64,000 nt of DNA, taken from positions 16,338,573 to 16,402,572 of the forward strand of contig CM119270.1 of NCBI GenBank assembly GCA_051294375.1, in the 5' to 3' direction. The position numbers and the translations under genes are program-made. Below, in pieces: positions 47,995 through 64,000 of the stretch. Below the pieces are notes generated by a model. The model did not search any database and was not told the origin of the DNA. It worked only from the letters and a program-made list of their open reading frames with translations. Position 1 is the first letter of the stretch. Each line of letters opens with the position of its first letter. This stretch comes from Paraspadella gotoi (Eukaryota; Animalia; Chaetognatha).

Positions 47995-48080
47995 TTTAGT
48001 TGCGCCGCGAGTACTCGCGGAGCAACTCTATAAGTCACTTTTCGGTCGGTCCGTCGGTATGTCTGTCTGTCGGTCTGTCT
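47995..48080 (-). mobile_element. HINE/DINE-1-like Helentron terminus
   Basis: tttta-gttgc-g-ccgcgagtactcgcgg-a-gcaac stem-loop, then tctataagtcactt and a (GTCG/GTCT)n microsatellite. Confidence 0.65.
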
Positions 48081-48635
48081 CACTTACCAATTGGATATAA
48101 TTTGCCTATAGTTGATTGCTCATTTGTTAAGACAGAAAAAACCTCAAATCTGACTGAATCGGACTGAATTTAGGTGAGAGTCCAAATCTGGCGATTGGAA
48201 AAAGTGGGAGACGGAAAAAAAAGAAAAAAAGAAAAAAAGAAAAAAAAGAAAGAATAAAAGAGAGAAAAAAGAAAAAGAAAAAAAGAAAGAAAAAGAAAAA
48301 GAAAGAAAGAAAGAAAGAAAAAAAGAAAAAAAGAAAAAAGACAAAAAGACAAAAAAAGAAAGAAAGTGAAAAAGATATAAAAAGAAAAAAAATAATCAAA
48401 TTTAAAATGAAATGAGTCGTTTATATGAAAAAGACATTGTGAAGAAATACTAAACCAAGAAATTCTCACATGCAAATACTAACTTTATTCGATTTTAAAG
48501 TTTTACAAAATTAATTCTAAAAATTAATTTAACTTCTTTACGCCCTGGTGATGACAGTTAGTGGTTTATTAAGGATTAAAAATCTGTGAGTTTTACGTAG
48601 TATATTCAATGACATATATATATAGCTAGTAGTTA

Positions 48636-48669
<34 letters not shown>

Positions 48670-48740
48670 GCTGTCTTTCCCTCGAGTTCAACAGATTTAT
48701 TTTTCTTTCTTCTTCTTGACGTCAGGCCCAGGCTCTAAAA

Positions 48741-48806
<66 letters not shown>

Positions 48807-49095
48807 AATGTTGTGCCTTTATTATTGATAATACCTGAGGGTTCCTCATAAAAAGTTCAATGTTCTATGATGTAAAATTTTGTACATAATACAACTTTTT
48901 TTTATTTAAGTATTGTTAATTTATTACACATTCGAAAATTTAGGACGTTTGTGATTAAGATTATTCATAGTTTTCAATTTAATGGTTGATAACAAAAAAA
49001 ATCTTATAAAGATTTATAACTTAATACTAAGAAAATCAATACCATTTTTCATAATAAAAAACGATTGAAACAGCTCTTTCGAAGTCGAAGATCCC

Positions 49096-49138
<43 letters not shown>

Positions 49139-49339
49139 CCTCCTCTCTCCTCTCTCTCTCTCTCTCCCTCTCTCTCTATCTCTCTCTGACCCTTCATTAC
49201 GGCTTTTTCATTCGTTCACCGATTGGTCACTCGTTCTCGAGTTCTTCAAATGGATTTATGGTTCAATTTAAATTAAGAATAACAAAACATGCGCATTCTG
49301 CAACATTTGGTACTTATATATCAATAATTTTAAAAATTA

Positions 49340-49380
<41 letters not shown>

Positions 49381-49382
49381 CA

Positions 49383-49435
<53 letters not shown>

Positions 49436-49889
49436 TTCATCCTTCCATCCTTTTCATCCGAAGCGGACAACTTTTTAGCTCCGGAGACCTTGACCTCCAT
49501 ATTGATATTTGATAATGACCCCGCCGCCATATTCTGACCTCTCATTGAACCCTCTTGACCTACGAGACACAGAACTTTATTAATTTCGTATCTCGGACTC
49601 GCGATTCTTTCGTCTTTTGGAACGGCGATAGCTTTTTTGATTACAAATATTAAAACAAAGATGAATATAAAATTAATTAATACAAAAATGCGAATGAAGT
49701 TTTTAAGTATTATTCATTGAACAATATGTGTTTGTGATTAAGATTATTATTCAAGTTGTAAAGTTATTTAATTGTAAGTTTTTAACGAACTGTAATTAGA
49801 TTATTCTATTATTTATAATTATATGTTTATTTACTATTTATTCAATTATCTTTTCTTTATTTTCCCTTAAGTTAGGCGCGTAATTTCTG

Positions 49890-50140
49890 CGCTAAATATT
49901 CCGGTCTTCATCCGGCACCTCCCTATCATTTCCCGGCTCCCGTTTCCGGCTCCTAGTTCCGGATTCCGTTTCTCGCTCTTAGTTCCGGCTTCAAATTGCG
50001 GATTTGGTTTCGACAACTAAAAACTATTTCCGGTTTCAGAATCTGAGGCTTTTTTTGGGGTCGAAAGCGGAAGTTGAAAAGACGAGACACGCAAGACGCG
50101 TTGCCATGGAAACGCAGAAACGCGGAAACCTGACGCGACC
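49890..50140. promoter_or_regulatory. Candidate promoter: clustered ETS-like TTCCGG motifs and an RFX X-box
   Basis: Seven or more (t)ccgg units, CGGAAGT near 50068 and GTTGCCATGGAAAC at 50100-50113; a YY1-like gccgccatatt at about 49523. Confidence 0.5.
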
Positions 50141-50164
50141 GGAGAAAGAAATGATGGACATTGA

Positions 50165-50256
<92 letters not shown>

Positions 50257-51269
50257 AAAAAAAATATTAAAGAAAAAATTCTTCATTTCTCAGATTTAAT
50301 TAAAATTTATTAATCAAGAATTCTGTCATGAGACGAAAGATTTTTCCGTTACGCTTCAACGAAAAGTAGCTTTAAATTAGTTCGTTCGTTTGTTCGGCTC
50401 ATATAAATTCATTTTACTTCCTTTACCTTTTTATGCAAGTATTACGATTAAATTTCGCTTCCTAAATTTTCTTCAAACTTTTTGACGTCATTTTTATTCT
50501 TAAAGTTTTTTTAAAAATTTTTTTATAAAAAAAAAAAATGAGAATCACTGGCTCAAGTTTTTCTCCTCACAAAAATAAAAGTAAAGAATATACAGAGTAA
50601 AAAAAAAGGGATAAGCAATGAATAAATAAAAAGGGAGAGAGAGAGAAAAAAAAAAAGAGAGAACGATCGAACATACGAGAAATTTTCAAGAGAACGTTCA
50701 AACTTTTTTTTTCTTCTCTTTAATCAAAATCACTTCTTCGCCCGTTTCTTTTGGAAAAACATAACCGAATGCGTCGCAGCATCTCTCTAGTTAAGAGTTG
50801 ATATCTTCGTCAGAGGTTATGAAATAATTCAGTTATGCTTCTAATCCCGCCACTTAGTTTTTAAATCCGTGTTGGAAAATGGGTATGGATAAAAAAGACC
50901 AACTGGAAACAAAAAAATGATAAGGGAGAACGAATTTAACCGGGAAATGATACAAATTATGATGCATTTAATCTTCGATTTCTGTTAAGTATTAAAAAAA
51001 ACTTTTTCTCTTTTTTCTTGGATGTGGATCAAGGAAGCGGTAAGAAGATCTCAGCCCACCGACCTTCCCTGTGGATGTGTGGTTGGTTGTGCGATTGGGT
51101 TGATTGATTGAGTTGATTGATTGGGTTGATTGGGTTGATTAGGTTGATCGGGTCTATTGGGTTGATTTGTTGATTACTTTCGAATATCGAGAGATGGTAG
51201 GTTTTTTGTCTCGTTAAAATGAAATTATATGGAACACTAATATTATATTCTTTACCTTTTTCCTACTAG

Positions 51270-53170
51270 ATTGATAACAGAAAATGCGGGGAACCGGAGG
51301 AGATGTCACTAAAATGTTATCGTAAGTTTTTTTTATAATTAAGCTTTCAAAATAGATTTTAATTGCCTCGGTTTTTCGGCAAAAGTATATACATTCTACT
51401 AAATTTATTCACCTTACGAGGAAAAAAAATCGATCGGTCTTAAAAGTGAAAAAAGAAACGACTTCTTTGAACCAAAACATAAAAGTAATCGCGGGTTTAA
51501 TGTAAACAAAAGTCTCAAACAAAAGGCCCCTTCGATGAATGACCTACGATCGAGGCGGCTACGGAGAAAGAAATTTCACTTTCTTCACAAATTTATTAAT
51601 CGATTCGATTTGAACGTAAAAAAAATTTCTTTTTTTTTTAAATATTGTTTTTTTATTTTTTTTTTATTTTTCTTGGATCGAAAAGTGATTAGCCTCCGTC
51701 AGAAAATCAAAACATTAGCGCGATTAAACCGACGATGACCGTAATTCTTTTTCGTCATTAATTTCATTTAATTTTATTTCTTTTTATTTTTTTTTCTAAA
51801 ATATTTTGAAACTGGTTCCCGATTCGTTCCTTCGATATTCGAAGCCTCGTTAATATTTTTTCTTTCACGTCTTTTTTTTTAAGATTCGAGATCAAAAAAA
51901 CGTCAAGAGACTCGAACGTGTTCTTTAGCCGATGCGTCGAATGTTGAAGACATCCCTCTAAGTCTTTTTTATCTTTAGGTGTTTGTTTAAAGGAAGAAAA
52001 ATCATTAGTGCAGTCATTCCATTTTGGAATATGACGTAAAAAGTGGCTAGAGTAGATTAAAACATAAACTAGTAGAATTTGTAATGGTTTTTGTTTAACT
52101 CGTTATTTTTCCATGCTATAAAATTATATACAATTTTTTAAAAAAATTTCACAATTCTTTTTTTCAATTTGGTTGACTCTCGTATTTTAAAATCAATTGA
52201 ATTTAATAGTTGGTACGCAATTCTTTTAAAATTCTTTTAAAACAAAATTGGAATGATAGTTTTGTTTAGTTTAATTTTAAGAATAATGATTGAGTCATCA
52301 ACGATTTATTTGTCCTGATAAAAATCATAACAGTTTGTTTGCTCTAGAAATAAAAAAAAACAAAAACTTTCTCTCAATCATCACATTTAAATCCAAAACA
52401 AAAATTTCTTTTTCAATTCGATGCCTCGAAATTACCGACTTTGATAACCGTCGTTTTACGACATTTCCACGATTACATTATTCTTTCTTGTCAAAGGCGG
52501 TTTGTTTAATTCGTTGTTTAAACCCGGGTAGCCGATCTTACAGAGCAAGAAATAGGCGGGGAACCCCGGGTCGACGTGGCTCAAATTGGACCGACAGTCC
52601 TTAAGCTTTGTTGTCTCTTTAATTTGGGTCGACCACCGAGGAGGACACGTTCCACACTCGACTGAGGACGAGTTTAAGATCGCGTGGATCGAGACGTGGG
52701 CATCTGTGGTCGATGATACTCGTTCGCGGGATATATATCAACTATATACAAGAAAATGTAAACACTTTTGATTAATATTGTTTAATGTTTATAGCGTGTA
52801 TTTTAAAATTTTAAAGTGAACTATTTACCAAGACCATATATCAACCAAGTGATAAATAAATGAATTTAACTTCCACGAATCATTTGAAATTGAATAGATC
52901 AGTAAATCGGGAAAATAAAAGAGTCGATAAATTACGCATTATTATTTCAATTCATCGACCAAAAAATCAAAGTTTATTTATGTCACTATATGTTTTTCTA
53001 GAATTTCGTTTTTTTATCTTCTCCTCCTCCTCCTCTTCCGCCTTCTCCTCCTCCTCCTACTTCTCCCCCTCCTCCTCATTCACTTCATTCCGGATTCCAC
53101 TCAGTCTTTGATGTTGTTTCAGATTCCATTTCGCTTATGAGTATTTAGGGCGTCGCTTTCATCGCCTCTG
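51270..53170 (+). other. Possible small spliced plus-strand transcription unit divergent from SERCA
   Basis: GC-richer islands bounded by AG/GT at about 51270-51321, 51683-51730, 51884-51978, 52556-52695 and from 53122. One join reads ...EDEFKIAWIETFHFAYEYLGRRFHRL*, but phases cannot all be reconciled. Confidence 0.3.
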
Positions 53171-53955
53171 ACTCCCAATCTAAGATGACGACGACGACGA
53201 CGACGACGACAACAACGTCGTTCGCGACAAAGATGAGGACAAGGGTAATGACGAAAACTCAATCTTCTCGTGGAAAATGAAGTTGAGGACGGAAAAGATT
53301 CATCGATGATGAGCAAAAAACGAGGAACTGGTTTTCGTTTGTTGTAACAAGGATTAACACAAGCTTATATTTATCTTTATTGACCTAATTACGGCGACGT
53401 TGTTTTTAATCCGCTATTGTCTTCGCAACGTTTATGAAATTGGTACATTCAATAAACTAGCTATCTTTGAATTAGAATACCGAAATACAAACAAGATAGA
53501 GAGACCCAATTTGAACTTCATAAAAAATATGAATGGTTATTATATTGGTTGTACCAATTAAATAAAATTCAGCTCCTTGTATTTTGATGCTGGGCGGAGT
53601 ATTCCCCGATCTAATACTTAAGCTAGGCGGAGTATTTCCCGATCTAATACTTAAGGGAGTGAATGAACGAGACTGTGAGAGAGTATTGATTGAAAGCTTG
53701 CAGGAACCTGCTATGTCATTATCTTGTAAGATTGATGGAGGCCTTAAACCACCATAGCCGGTCCAAAGTCAGGGGCAAGATAGCTTATTATTAAATGAAT
53801 TGTTAACTGTTATATTGGTTGTACCAATTTCATACATATGTAGATGTAATATCATTCTTTATAATAATACGATTTTTTTTAAATCAAATATATACTCAAA
53901 CCTGCGACGTTTTCCTTCAACCTTGTCTCGAGTCTCCAAAGTCAACTCAGACCAT

Positions 53956-53989
<34 letters not shown>

Positions 53990-55176
53990 TCATTCACTTC
54001 GTCTTCGATTTATTCTCCTCGTCCGAGACGCCGTCACCGTCGTCGTCGTCTTCGTCGTCGTCGTCGTCCACAGTGATCGAGTTGACCTTTTATTCAACTC
54101 ACATCGAATCCGCGTCACTCGTCATCGAAGGATATTGCTTCCTCCTCACCCTCGAGGCGAAGAAGGTGGGTAGTGGATGGTGGTTTAGGTGGATGGTGGG
54201 CGAGGTGGATGGTGGGTGAGGTGGGCCAGCAGGGTGAGGAGAATGAGTGAGTCGGGGAGGGGAAATCGGCGGGAACGCTGAACTATGAAAGGGCTATCGA
54301 AACCTCTCTAAAGTATATCTTTCAGTTCCTTAGTAATATGGATATGAACTAATAAAATCGCAGAATAATGATAGTAATAATAATACGATTCAGTGCGATA
54401 ATTATTATTCTAAATTCGACTTAGTGATAACATTAATGCTTATAATAGTATCGATAATAAAAGAATACAAAAATCTGTCATTTTGCTGAATTGAAAAAAA
54501 AAAAAAAAAAACATCAAGCGCGGGCCATTAGTGTCTCAGGGGGTTTTTGTGTATGACTAGCATAAATACTGGGGAAAAAATACAATAAAGTAAAGGAAAA
54601 ATAGTATAAAAAAAGGAAATAAAGAATGGAAAAATAAATAAATTAATAATAGATAAAGAGAGAAAAAAGAAACAAAAGAAGAAAGAAAGAAACAAAAAAA
54701 AAGAAAAAGAAAAAGGCTTCACCGACTGTTGCCGGCGTCTATTGTTTTCTGATTTTGTTCTTTCTTTTTTTTTAGTATTAGTTTTTTAATCTTTTTTTTT
54801 TCAGGGTCGGATCGTCAAAGCTTCAAACTCGATCTTCGGTTTCGAGGGACGGATCATTCCCAGGCGATGAAGGACGATAGAGACGGAGTCAACGTTCGTG
54901 AGAAAAACAAATAAATTTCAAATTTGTAATTATTTATGTATTCATTCAACTTTTTATTTATATAGATTTTTCGCAATTCGTAAAATAATCTTTTAGAAAT
55001 GTGAGGAATCGGAAATTAAAATTATCTTTTTTTAAAAAAAAATATTGATACAAAATGATCTAATTCCGCCATCGTCTGGATCGATCCGTTTTTCATTGTT
55101 TCCTGCGAATGATAATTAAATTCGATTTGTGCGTCATCATCGTCGTCGTCGTCGTCGTCGTCGTCTTCTCCGTAGT

Positions 55177-64000
<8,824 letters not shown>

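Noticed and set aside
50381-50403. miR-375-like sequence ttcgtttgttcggctc
   Set aside because: Only a partial match, with no convincing precursor hairpin.

Overview
AT-rich, microsatellite-rich animal (probably invertebrate) genomic scaffold with GT-AG introns and several N gaps (1359-2281, 2681-2766, 21021-21605, about 34088-34709). There are stretches of raw long-read-like indel noise. Spliced genes rebuilt by hand from the sequence: the 3' part of a RING-H2 E3 ligase (minus, 338-1324); two tandem white/ABCG-family half transporters with matching intron positions (minus, 11119-about 19990 and 22618-32292); and a 15-coding-exon SERCA Ca2+-ATPase of about 995 aa (minus, 36101-46119) with a spliced 5' leader. 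Weaker plus-strand gene fragments lie near 7.2-7.8 kb and 51-53 kb. Introns carry a 4-kb non-autonomous hAT element with an 8-bp TSD and nested MITE/Penelope-like pieces bearing hammerhead-ribozyme cores, two families of small hairpin-rich elements (one with clean 4-bp TSDs), and Helentron-type HINE ends. Most notable observations: (1) the longer SERCA introns begin G-rich and end C-rich with mutually complementary ends, alongside degenerate 5' splice sites, suggesting structure-assisted splicing; (2) splice sites are tandemly duplicated in both SERCA and ABCG; (3) a uORF in the SERCA leader resembles sarcolipin; (4) the first three exons of one ABCG gene lie inverted on the opposite strand. 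That inversion, a 9-kb fold-back palindrome at the right end and an inverted duplicate at the left are most likely chimeric-read assembly artefacts.
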